DNA from: Thermoplasmatales archaeon SW_10_69_26
GTDB lineage: Archaea; Thermoplasmatota; SW-10-69-26
DNA: 46,932 nucleotides
Direction: 5' to 3'
Assembly (NCBI GenBank): GCA_003009755.1
Contig: PXUB01000007.1
Location: 1-46,932 of the forward strand
Shown: piece after piece, positions 9,253 through 18,379 of the stretch
Layout of the letters: the number at the start of each line of letters is the position of its first letter
Numbering within the stretch: the stretch's first letter is position 1
Program-made: the position numbers and the translations under genes
Notes under the pieces: model-generated
What the model saw: the letters and a program-made list of their open reading frames with translations, nothing else
Told to the model about the DNA's origin: nothing
The model's database searches: none

Positions 9253-10736
9253 CGCTGATCGAAGGCGCCCAGGTCCTCCAGGGCTCGCCAGATCGCCGGC
9301 AGGCGGCGGGCGGCCTGCTCCCGCAAGAGGTCGTCTCGTTCGGCGACGTAGGCCGTGAAGCGGGCCACGTCCTCGTCGCCGTCGGCGGCCAGCTTGGCCC
9401 ACTGGTCGGGATCGGCGCCGTGCTCGTCGACGATGTCGCGCATGTGCTCGACGACGCGCTTGCCGGAGGACTCGTCGCCGGCGAGCTCGTCCTCGAAGAA
9501 GCCGCACCAGTAGGTGACGGCGCCCTCGCGGGCGGCCTCGTCGACGTGCTCCTCGAGGAAGCGTTCGACGAGCAGGCGGTTCTCCTCGAAGCCGTCACCG
9601 CTGCGGGCGCGGATGCGGCCGGTCATCGCGTCGCGGGCCGCCCGCTGCAGGTCGTCGGGGTCCGGTTGGGCGGCGTCGGCGGCCATGGCGTAGCTCGCGG
9701 TGCGTTGCACGATGTCGATCAGGGTGCGGTTGGAGCCGACCTCGCTGAGTTCTCGTCCACCCTCCATGCGGTCGCGCCACTGCATGACGATGCGCACGGC
9801 GGCCATCTGGTAGGGGCCGGGCACGTTGCGGCCGGGGCCCTCGAGGCCGTGGCGGATGATGCGGCGGTTGGCCTGCGCGGTCGAGGGGAACGGCGTCTGG
9901 ACGTTGGCCAGCCGGTCGTTGAGCGGCTCGGTGATGTTGCCCAGGTCCTCGTAGTTGCTCGTGGCGACCGTCACGACGTCGGCCGGGAACGTCTCCCGGG
10001 ACTTGGCCGGGCTCACGATGCCCTCCTGCAGGGCCTGCAGGAGCACGTTCTGCGTGCCGCGCGGCAGCTTGCCGATCTCGTCCACGAGCAGGAGGCCGCG
10101 GTGGGCTTGCAGGATCTTGCCGGGTTGGAGGACGAGCGGGCTCGTCGGGTCGCCGACCTCCTCGAGGCGGGCGAGGTTGATCGAGCCGGTGAGGTTGTCG
10201 GGGAAGACCTCGGGCGAGCCCTGCACGCGGGCGTGCCCGTAGCCTTCGCGCAGGTTGATCTGCCGGACGGGCACGTCAGCCGGGTCGACCTCGCGGGCGT
10301 CGAAGCTGCCCGGTCGGCCGGCCTCGCCGCCGCCGTGGTTCTCCTTGCAGTACGGGCACGGCGGCACGCGCTCGGCGTAGCCGGGATCGACGAGGCTGAA
10401 GGGGGAATCGTGCACCGGGCAGTCGCTGACGGCGAACAGCTGTTTGGGGAAGATGTCCCAGACCGCCTTCGCCAGCGTCGTCTTGCCGCTGCCGGGCGGG
10501 CCGAGCACGAGCACGTTCGAGCCGGACAAGAGGCTCGTGACGAGCACCTCGAGCGTGCGCTCCTCGAGCACCGTCGAGGGGAACAGCTGACCGATCGCCT
10601 CCGTGCGGTCCAGGCCCTCCTCCTGCTGCAGGCGGGCGACCTCGTCCAGGATCGCGTCCCGCAGGCGCTGGGCCGCGCTGCGAGGCTGCAGACCCTGCTC
10701 GACGAGCTCGGCGGCCGTCGTCTCACCGGTAGCCAT
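9249..10736 (-). CDS. AAA+ ATPase (MoxR/Mg-chelatase ChlI-like), partner of the vWA gene
   Basis: Walker A GPPGSGKT, Walker B LLVDEI, QAHRG, LLQALQEG, ATSN and PLNDRL. Cys cluster DCPVHD..CPYC. ATGA overlap with the vWA gene. Confidence 0.88.
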   Translation of the reverse strand: MATGETTAAELVEQGLQPRSAAQRLRDAILDEVARLQQEEGLDRTEAIGQLFPSTVLEERTLEVLVTSLLSGSNVLVLGPPGSGKTTLAKAVWDIFPKQLFAVSDCPVHDSPFSLVDPGYAERVPPCPYCKENHGGGEAGRPGSFDAREVDPADVPVRQINLREGYGHARVQGSPEVFPDNLTGSINLARLEEVGDPTSPLVLQPGKILQAHRGLLLVDEIGKLPRGTQNVLLQALQEGIVSPAKSRETFPADVVTVATSNYEDLGNITEPLNDRLANVQTPFPSTAQANRRIIRHGLEGPGRNVPGPYQMAAVRIVMQWRDRMEGGRELSEVGSNRTLIDIVQRTASYAMAADAAQPDPDDLQRAARDAMTGRIRARSGDGFEENRLLVERFLEEHVDEAAREGAVTYWCGFFEDELAGDESSGKRVVEHMRDIVDEHGADPDQWAKLAADGDEDVARFTAYVAERDDLLREQAARRLPAIWRALEDLGAFDQR

Positions 10737-10993
10737 GTGTAAGCGCGGAGAGGCGCGAGGAGGGTATGAGGGTTGGGGGAAAGAGGGGGCGGTCGGGCTC
10801 AGTCTCCAGCTCGCCGATCTCCTCGCTCGACTCCGAGAGCTCGGCCCGCCCCCCTCCCCCCGCCCCGCGGGTCATCTGCCCATGCAGGTCGCGGTCCCCC
10901 AAGGGAGTAGTCAGTCTGAGAGGGAAAGGCTTACACGTTCGGCTATCTTTAGTTCCGAATTTCCTGTTCTCGCAGGGTTGGAGCAAGCCGAAG

Positions 10994-13900
10994 ATGCAGG
11001 GCATTATCGATGAGTCTGTCGATTTGAAACGTTGCAGTATCGTGGGGGCGATCCTCGTGCTTGTCTCACTTTCCGTGTCGGCGGGGGCGTCGACAGCTGG
11101 ACTCTCGCCGTGGGCGTTCCAGTCGGATGATGCCTCGATCACAGACGAAGGTTGGGGCTTCGGGGCGGGGGTGGCGGAAGCCGGCGGATCCACAGATGGA
11201 GGTCCGACGGCTGATCGAGGCCACGATCCGGGTCCGAGGATCACGAAGGTTAAGGTCATGGATTCGCCGTGGGAGGGACCGGAGGCCACGACGATCGGCG
11301 TGTTCGTCGACAACGAACGAGCCGATCCGCTCTCCGTCATCGTCGAGGGAGAGCTGATCGACGACGGGCAGACGGTGACCCGTGCCGCCTCCGAGCCCAC
11401 TGAATCGGTCCCGGGCGTCGGGCAGTGGGTGAACCTGACGATGTCCGCATCCCCGGGCAGCTACGAACTCTCAATCACCCTCCACTCGGCGCAGGACGAT
11501 CTCAGAACTCAGCTGGACAGCCGTGCGCGGCCGGTCATCGTGACCCTTCCCATGGATCTGCCGCCGTCGAGCTACACGCGCGTCCAGTCCAACGAAACCG
11601 AGCGTGTGGGGCTGCCCTCGGAGGTCGCTTCCAACGAGACCAGTGTTCAGATGGATGCACCTGAGGGAGCAGACGTCCTCGTTTACAAACCGTGGTTGGA
11701 GCATCAGCTCGACTCGGTCACCTCCCAAACAGAGTGGACCACCGTCGACCGGGAGACCGGGCCGTGGGCGAAGGTGCCCACTCTCGGAACCGTCTTCACC
11801 AACGGCGACGAGCGCCACGTTCTCCTCCACAACCGACCCATGTGGGTGACCGTCACGGAAGAGCAACGTGCGCATGCACCCTCGCCCGGCGAAACCAACG
11901 CCACGAGTTCCGTGGACCGGGACCCAAGCCTCGCCATTAATTTCGAGGACGGCAACCGGCAGGGACAGACGATCGAATTCAGCGCTGCCTGGCTCGCCGA
12001 CCTCGGCTTCAGTCATCCGGAGTTCCACTATGAAGACGGGACCACGATCCCGTTCACGTTCACAGGAACCTCCTATCTCGTCCACGCTCCGCATTTCTCG
12101 ACGGTGTATGTGGACGATGCAGACTGCAACTGTGAAGGGGAAACCCCGCCCGGTTGGTGGTACCCCACGCCGCCCGCGGAGGGCGTCGAGTTCTACGTGA
12201 GCGACGCGCGAGCGAGTTCCGCCCCTCATTCGATCAAGGCGAAGGGTGCCGACGATGGCGAGGAGAACCTCCGAGGCGAGAAGTCCCTTCCCGAGGATGT
12301 GACGCCTGATACGATCCGCTTCGAAGGATACGTCGGAAACAAGAACGGCACCGATCCGCATTACCACTTCCTGAGATTCCAGACGCCGGGCGGGGACGAC
12401 TTGTTGACGGTGAATTTCAAATCACAGGACGCCTCGTCCCTCCACATCGCGTCCGGAGGCACAGAATACACTCAGGACTTCCCGATGGAATCCTGGCTGA
12501 GCGCGGCCGTCACGAACATCGACTGGGACGCCTGTACCTACGATCTGGTCGTCGATGGCACCACGCTCGACACGGGGATCGCGATGTCCACAAGCAGTTG
12601 CGGTGACGGGATCGCGAAGGTGATCGACGTGGCGAAGAAGTGGAACGCTGAACCGTGGTGGATCGACAACCTCCGGTTCGACGATCCAGGGAACTTCGAG
12701 GACTTCAACGCCCCCGGCTATGTGGATGACAAGCCGCCGGGCTGGACGAGAGACTCCGTTGGGAAAGCCTACGAAATCGATGACACCCGCGCCACGGAGG
12801 CGGGATACGCACTAGAGACTCAGGGGGGTAGCGACGACACTCACGCTCAGGGTTCCAAGGCGCTCGCCGGTACTGCTGAACCCTCGTCGATCGCGTTCGA
12901 CGCATACGTCGGACCGCACTCGGGCGGAAGCGACGACAACTGGCACGTCGTGGAACTTGGATCGAACCCGTCGCTACGAGCCAAGCTGGCTTCCGTGAAC
13001 GCCGGTGACGTCCGCGTCGAAACCACGAACAGTGGCGGAGGCGTCGCGACGTTCCCCCACGAATCGTGGACCACAGTCAGATTCGCCAACATCGACTGGT
13101 CCTCCTGCACCTACGACGTGGAGGTCGGCGGAAGCACGGCGGCCACAGGCCTGTCGTTCGACTGCTCGGCCATGGACGAGGTCAGCGTGCGGAGCAAAGG
13201 GTGGGATTCCGAGCCGATGTGGGTGGACGATATCCGCTATCAGACAGATGGTTCCTCCAGCGACCCCTTACCCACTCCCCCGTATTCCGAGGCGTTCGAC
13301 GACGGGGCAGCGGACGGTTGGGACCTTTCGGGGCTCTGGCATGTGACCGACAGCTGCGAAACACCGCCGTCGACGCCGAACTACCTCGGCTACCACCGGA
13401 CGTCGGCCTGCGATTATGACACCGGCAGCGGCACGAGAGGTGAGGGAGTGTTCACCGTGGACCTCACCGGCGTCAGCGAGGCCAAGCTCTCGTTCCAGGA
13501 TTGGCGAGAAACCGAGGAGTCTGCCGGCCACGACCAGATGTACATCGACTACAACGACGGGTCCGGATGGAGCAACCTGATGAGCTTCAACGACAGCTCG
13601 AACCAGCTTTCCTGGACTCAGCAGACCACCTCACTGAAAGAGGCCGCCGGTAGCGTGATCGACATCCGGTTCGTGTTCGACGCCGTGGACGACTACAACA
13701 ACGCGCACGGCGGCTGGTACATCGACGACGTCGAGGTTACAGAAGGAGGGGCCAACGACGCTCCGACCGCCGGATACAGCTACAACTGCTCGTTCCTTGA
13801 CTGCGACTTCGACGGTTCCGACAGCGTCGACTCCGACGGTTCGATAACGAGCTACCAGTGGGACTTCGGCGACGGAGCGACGGCCTCCGGGGAGACCGTG

Positions 13901-15133
13901 AGCCACTCCTTCGAGTGTGAGGGTACCTACACCGTGGAGTTGACGGTCACCGACGACGACGGGGCCACTGACTCCGAGACGAAGGACATCTCGGTCTCCG
14001 ACAAGGATAGCGACGGTGACGGGCTAAGAGACTGCGAAGAGACAGACACGTACAACACGGATCCCAACGACGCCGACACCGACGGAGACGGACTGGACGA
14101 CGGCGAAGAGCTCCTCGAGTGGGAGGATCTCGGTAGCAGCGCCTGGGACACGCGGTACAAACGATCCGCGCCGACCTCCGAAACCAACAACCTCCTCCTC
14201 TGGGACGCCGACGGCGACGGCATCCGCGACGGCCTCGAGTTCAACGAGCCGAGCTCGGTCTTCGGCTCGTGTTCCGATATCGACGGGCGGAACGAGTGCC
14301 CCGACCCCCGAACGAGGGAGGTCTACATTCACGTGAACTGGATGGTGGATCCAGGAGAGACATGCAATGTGTTCTTCACCTGCGGGGACCACAACCACCG
14401 ACCCTCCGACTCTGAAGTGCAGCGGATCTACGACAACTTCGCGAACCACAGCAGCGGAAGCAGCCGGCTGGACAGCGTGAACGTGCACGTCTACATGGAC
14501 GAGGGGACACGCCACGCGGACCAGATCACATGGGCAGAAAAAGAGCACATTAACGACGGTGACGACAGCAATGAGTTCTACGACTGGAAGCAGGACTTCT
14601 TCCCCTCCGAGCGCGAAGGCGTCTTCCACTACGTGCTGTTCGCCCACGAGAACGAGAACGGTTCGGCAGGGAGGGGGGAATGGTTCGGAGACGACCTCGC
14701 CGTGTTCGACGCGACTCGTACCTCCTCGGACGAAGTCGAGCGAACGTGGATGCACGAATTGGGGCACAACACGCTCGGGCTCTACCACTCCCAGTGCTCC
14801 AACCACTCCACCCACGACCATGGCCCGTACGCGAACCAGGACGCCACGCACCTCGACTACGAGAACCCCCAACTGCAAGCTTTCCTCGACGAATACGATG
14901 CCGATTCGGGCACCTGCGATGACTTCGACAATACCCAGGACATATTTGACCACAGTTCCGGGGCTGGTGCGATGTCGTACAACTCTGAGGACACTACGTA
15001 CATCGATGCAACGTGGGACGACCTGAAGTACTGGAAGATGAAACAGCTCAAGGACCTGGGGAGAGACGGAGACCAGATGGTGCAGACGGAGGAGGGACAG
15101 ACCTGGGTCAGCGCGCCGGTCTCGGTCCATTGA
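10994..15133 (+). CDS. Large secreted multidomain protein: N-terminal region ending in HFS motif, two tandem lectin-like repeats, MAM-like module, PKD, Ca-binding DxDGDG repeats, C-terminal metzincin-like zinc protease
   Basis: Signal peptide KRCSIVGAILVLVSLSVSAGA (start ATG 10994 or TTG 11024). HAPHFST at ~12083-12103. Repeats end PWWIDNLRF and PMWVDDIRY; also GWYIDDVEV. PKD YQWDFGDG...YTVELTVTDDDG. DSDGDGL/DTDGDGL repeats. TWMHELGHNTLGLYH with downstream GAMSY Met-turn. Confidence 0.85.
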   Translation: MQGIIDESVDLKRCSIVGAILVLVSLSVSAGASTAGLSPWAFQSDDASITDEGWGFGAGVAEAGGSTDGGPTADRGHDPGPRITKVKVMDSPWEGPEATTIGVFVDNERADPLSVIVEGELIDDGQTVTRAASEPTESVPGVGQWVNLTMSASPGSYELSITLHSAQDDLRTQLDSRARPVIVTLPMDLPPSSYTRVQSNETERVGLPSEVASNETSVQMDAPEGADVLVYKPWLEHQLDSVTSQTEWTTVDRETGPWAKVPTLGTVFTNGDERHVLLHNRPMWVTVTEEQRAHAPSPGETNATSSVDRDPSLAINFEDGNRQGQTIEFSAAWLADLGFSHPEFHYEDGTTIPFTFTGTSYLVHAPHFSTVYVDDADCNCEGETPPGWWYPTPPAEGVEFYVSDARASSAPHSIKAKGADDGEENLRGEKSLPEDVTPDTIRFEGYVGNKNGTDPHYHFLRFQTPGGDDLLTVNFKSQDASSLHIASGGTEYTQDFPMESWLSAAVTNIDWDACTYDLVVDGTTLDTGIAMSTSSCGDGIAKVIDVAKKWNAEPWWIDNLRFDDPGNFEDFNAPGYVDDKPPGWTRDSVGKAYEIDDTRATEAGYALETQGGSDDTHAQGSKALAGTAEPSSIAFDAYVGPHSGGSDDNWHVVELGSNPSLRAKLASVNAGDVRVETTNSGGGVATFPHESWTTVRFANIDWSSCTYDVEVGGSTAATGLSFDCSAMDEVSVRSKGWDSEPMWVDDIRYQTDGSSSDPLPTPPYSEAFDDGAADGWDLSGLWHVTDSCETPPSTPNYLGYHRTSACDYDTGSGTRGEGVFTVDLTGVSEAKLSFQDWRETEESAGHDQMYIDYNDGSGWSNLMSFNDSSNQLSWTQQTTSLKEAAGSVIDIRFVFDAVDDYNNAHGGWYIDDVEVTEGGANDAPTAGYSYNCSFLDCDFDGSDSVDSDGSITSYQWDFGDGATASGETVSHSFECEGTYTVELTVTDDDGATDSETKDISVSDKDSDGDGLRDCEETDTYNTDPNDADTDGDGLDDGEELLEWEDLGSSAWDTRYKRSAPTSETNNLLLWDADGDGIRDGLEFNEPSSVFGSCSDIDGRNECPDPRTREVYIHVNWMVDPGETCNVFFTCGDHNHRPSDSEVQRIYDNFANHSSGSSRLDSVNVHVYMDEGTRHADQITWAEKEHINDGDDSNEFYDWKQDFFPSEREGVFHYVLFAHENENGSAGRGEWFGDDLAVFDATRTSSDEVERTWMHELGHNTLGLYHSQCSNHSTHDHGPYANQDATHLDYENPQLQAFLDEYDADSGTCDDFDNTQDIFDHSSGAGAMSYNSEDTTYIDATWDDLKYWKMKQLKDLGRDGDQMVQTEEGQTWVSAPVSVH

Positions 15134-15142
15134 GGTGAACCT

Positions 15143-16144
15143 GTGCACCCAGCGAAGACCGCCACAATCGCGATCGCCCTGGCCTCGGCGGCCTTCGCCG
15201 GCTGCCTCCAGGGAACCGAAGACCCGACCCAACAGCCCACCGAACCACCGACGGCCCCCGGAGCCGACGCCCTCGACCTCGACCCGCTGCTCGACAACGA
15301 GACCGACCCCTTCGGACGGATTCACCGGCTGAATCTCACGGAAGAGACCATCGAACCGATCACGCCGACTCCATCGTTCCGCCCTTGGATCGTGGGCCGT
15401 GACCGGGTGGTTCACCAGTACGCCGAAGACGGCCATGCAGCGGGGATCGCGTTCACCGAGCTCGGCATGGACAACTCGACCTCCTACGAGGGCTCGTTCT
15501 CCGACTCGAAGGACGCCAAGCTCCCCTCCGCGGATCCGTCCGGGGAACACGTGTACTTCAGCTACGCCCCTGTCCGGGAGGACCCGAAGATCGTCCGCCG
15601 CCCGATCGAACCCGGAGGCGAAGAGGATATCGTCGCAGAGTTGCGATACCAGGACCAACCAGTGGGGGCGTGGGCCGTATCGAGCAACGGGTCGCTGCTT
15701 GCGGGGCCGGTCCAGTCTGGAGGTGCCGACGGACAGCCCACGAAAACGATCCTCATCGACATCTCCGGGGAGGAGGAAGCGGAAACAGTGGAATCCGTAG
15801 CGGGCACTCATCCACGGTTCCTCCCAGACGGAACGATCGTCTTCGCCGGCGTGGAGGGAGCCCTGTACGTCCTCGAACCAGCAAGCGGTGACGTATCTAC
15901 GTTCCTGAGGCCCTCCGACCACGAAACTCTCCACCAGCCCACCGTCGCGGGCGACCAGGTCTGGTTCCACGCCCGCGTCAGCCCCCCGGACGACAACCGC
16001 ACATGGGAGGAGATCCGCCACGTCTCCCTCGACGGCGAAGACCCGCAGACGGTAGCCTGGAACGAGGACTACCGCATCGGCCCCTTCGACGTCCAAGCCA
16101 CGGGTGAGGCGCTGGTCATCGACGTCCAAACCGCGGACCGGTGA
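15143..16144 (+). CDS. TolB/WD40-like beta-propeller lipoprotein (cassette 1)
   Basis: Lipobox FAGC, Pro/Thr linker, blade motifs PSADPSGEHVYFS, HPRFLPDG and QPTVAGDQVWF. SD-like GAGGTGA (15132-15138) overlaps the upstream stop. Confidence 0.8.
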   Translation: MHPAKTATIAIALASAAFAGCLQGTEDPTQQPTEPPTAPGADALDLDPLLDNETDPFGRIHRLNLTEETIEPITPTPSFRPWIVGRDRVVHQYAEDGHAAGIAFTELGMDNSTSYEGSFSDSKDAKLPSADPSGEHVYFSYAPVREDPKIVRRPIEPGGEEDIVAELRYQDQPVGAWAVSSNGSLLAGPVQSGGADGQPTKTILIDISGEEEAETVESVAGTHPRFLPDGTIVFAGVEGALYVLEPASGDVSTFLRPSDHETLHQPTVAGDQVWFHARVSPPDDNRTWEEIRHVSLDGEDPQTVAWNEDYRIGPFDVQATGEALVIDVQTADR

Positions 16145-16160
16145 ACAGCGCCGGGGCACA

Positions 16161-16247
16161 GGAAGATGAAACAACGCAAGGACAGGGGGGGGGAGCCAAA
16201 CGGACGCGGGTCCGATCTGGGTCGGCTCGCCGGTCTCGGTTCACTGA
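16161..16247 (+). pseudogene. Orphan diverged copy of the last ~30 codons of the large protease
   Basis: Homologous to 15033-15133: MKQRKD..QTDAGPIWVGSPVSVH* versus MKQLKD..QTEEGQTWVSAPVSVH*. The frame is broken at a G9 run (16185-16193). Confidence 0.85.
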
Positions 16248-16256
16248 GGTGAACCT

Positions 16257-17255
16257 ATGCACCCAGCGAAGACCGCCGGACTCGTGATCGCCCTGGTATC
16301 GGTGGCCTTCGTCGGGTGCCTCCAGGGAACCGAGGAACCGACCGAAGCACCGACAGAACCGCCGACCGTCCCCGGAGCCGACGTCCTCGACCTGGATCCG
16401 CTGCTCGCCAACCAGACGGACCCGTACGGACCCCTCCACCAACTGAACCTGACCTCGGAGACGCTCGAACCAATTACGCCGACGTTCGCCGCTGACCCCT
16501 GGATCGTCGACAGCGACCGTGTACTGCACGAATACACCGACGAGGAACGACGAGGGCTCGCGCTGACCCACCTCGCCACGAACAACTCGACACCGTACAA
16601 TGGCTCGTTCTCCGACTCGAAGGACGCCAAGTACCCCTCCGCGGACCCGTCCGGGGAACACGTGTACTTCAGCCACGGCTCACCCCGCGAGGACCCGAAG
16701 ATCATCCGCCGCCCGATCGAGCCCGGCGGCAAAGAGGAGGTCGTCGCCGAACTACGCTCGCAGGACAAACCGCAGGGGCACTGGGCCGTCTCCCCCAACC
16801 GGTCGCTGCTCGCGGGATCGGTCTGGTCCGGAGGCGCCGACGGACCGCCCACCCACACGGTCCTCGACGTAACCCAACAGCCCCCAGACCACGTTGCGGG
16901 CGCCAGCGGAGACCATCCGCGGTTCCTCCCCGACGGAACGATCGTGTTCGCCGGCTGGACGAACGGCCTCTACGTCCTCGACCCGGAGACCGACGATGTG
17001 TCTTCCTTCGTGAGGGACTCGGACCACGAGACCCTCCACCAGCCCACCGTCGCCGGTGACCAGGTCTGGTTCCACGCTCGCGTAGATCATCCGGACGGCA
17101 ACCGAACCTGGGAGGAGATCCGCCACGTCTCCCTCACCGGCGGAGACCAACAGACGGTGGCCTGGACCGAGGACTACCGGCTGGGGCCCTTCGACGTCCA
17201 CGACACCGGCCAGGCACTGGTCATGCAGGTCTACGGGCCGACACGGGATGGGTGA
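16257..17255 (+). CDS. TolB/WD40-like beta-propeller lipoprotein (cassette 2)
   Basis: Lipobox FVGC. Clear paralogue of 15143-16144 over its full length, with the same GAGGTGA SD (16246-16252). Confidence 0.8.
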   Translation: MHPAKTAGLVIALVSVAFVGCLQGTEEPTEAPTEPPTVPGADVLDLDPLLANQTDPYGPLHQLNLTSETLEPITPTFAADPWIVDSDRVLHEYTDEERRGLALTHLATNNSTPYNGSFSDSKDAKYPSADPSGEHVYFSHGSPREDPKIIRRPIEPGGKEEVVAELRSQDKPQGHWAVSPNRSLLAGSVWSGGADGPPTHTVLDVTQQPPDHVAGASGDHPRFLPDGTIVFAGWTNGLYVLDPETDDVSSFVRDSDHETLHQPTVAGDQVWFHARVDHPDGNRTWEEIRHVSLTGGDQQTVAWTEDYRLGPFDVHDTGQALVMQVYGPTRDG

Positions 17256-17417
17256 GCGAAGGGGCAGGGGTCCCGGCGGGTCGACGACGCCTCGGGCGAG
17301 GACGGGTTGAGCCAGCCAGGATCCAGATGCTTCCCCAGCTCTACCCAGGAAGAAAGAATGGAAACCATCTCCATCCCGGCCGAGCTTCTCAAATCTGTCT
17401 CGTAGGTCAGGATCGCG

Positions 17418-18379
17418 ATGCGTGTGTATGAGATCGGCTGTGTGCTGCTCCTCCTTGCCCTCAGCCTATCCGGCTGTCTCCAAGAGGAAGATCCCCCCCT
17501 CGCCTGTTGATCGATGAGGAAAGCATCTCCGGGTTGCCCTCTCCCGTCCACAACGCCACGGTCATCGATATCCCCGCTCGGGAGGTCCGCCAGGTCACAT
17601 CTCAGCCGATCTCGGATCCACGCTTCGCGCCCGATGGAGACTTAGTGTTCCTAAGCTCTGGAGAGCCCCCTCAGATCGAACGACTTCACCGGGGAACAGG
17701 GGACATCGAACAGCTGGCGAGGGGATATTCACCCACCATCGACGGGGACCAGCTGTACTGGGTGTCCAGCACGTCGGCAGACTCGCAGATCCGAGCCAAA
17801 TCCCTGGACGGAACGAACGAGACCCACACCGTGTACGAGCCTCCCCGCGGCTGCCTGCTGGGGCATGAACGCGGCCTCGACATCAACGGACCTGGCACGC
17901 ACCTCGCCTTCGTCGAGGACTGCGAAAACACTCCCGGCGGGGAAACGAGCAAGGTCGAACTCCTGGACTTGAGGAACGGCACGACGAGAGTCGTATCGGT
18001 TGGGAACCACCCCCGATTCGAGAGCCCGACCACGCTCTTGCACGACCGGGAAACCGATGGGGGAGATCGCGAGATTCTTCGCCAGAACCTGACGACAGGG
18101 CGCGAACGAATCCTCGTTCCCGCACACGCTCCCGGGACCCCCAGCCATCCGGTCCCTGGTCCGGGCGACGTGTTCTTCTACAGCGTGTTCGAACAACGCG
18201 AGACGGCCGCCGGTGGAGATGTCCATGAGATCCGATTCCACGGTTCCTGGGATCGTGCAACCGGGGACTCCGGCCCAGTCCTCCGCCTGGACCACTTCGC
18301 GATCGGAGTCGTCGACACCGATGCGGCGGGCAACGAGATCGTGTTGGACATCCTCCGGCAGGACACCACCTCGACTTGA
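17418..18379 (+). pseudogene. Divergent TolB-like beta-propeller lipoprotein (cassette 3), frameshifted in a C7 tract after the lipobox
   Basis: ATG 17418 gives MRVYEIGCVLLLLALSLSGCLQEEDPP then a stop. One extra C in 17493-17499 joins it to ORF 17507-18379 (PRFAPDG, GNHPRF, IGVVDTDAAGNEIVLDI). Confidence 0.75.

Noticed and set aside
15033-16247. Diversity-generating retroelement TR/VR pair
   Set aside because: Differences between the two copies are not adenine-specific and include an indel, and no RT is nearby.
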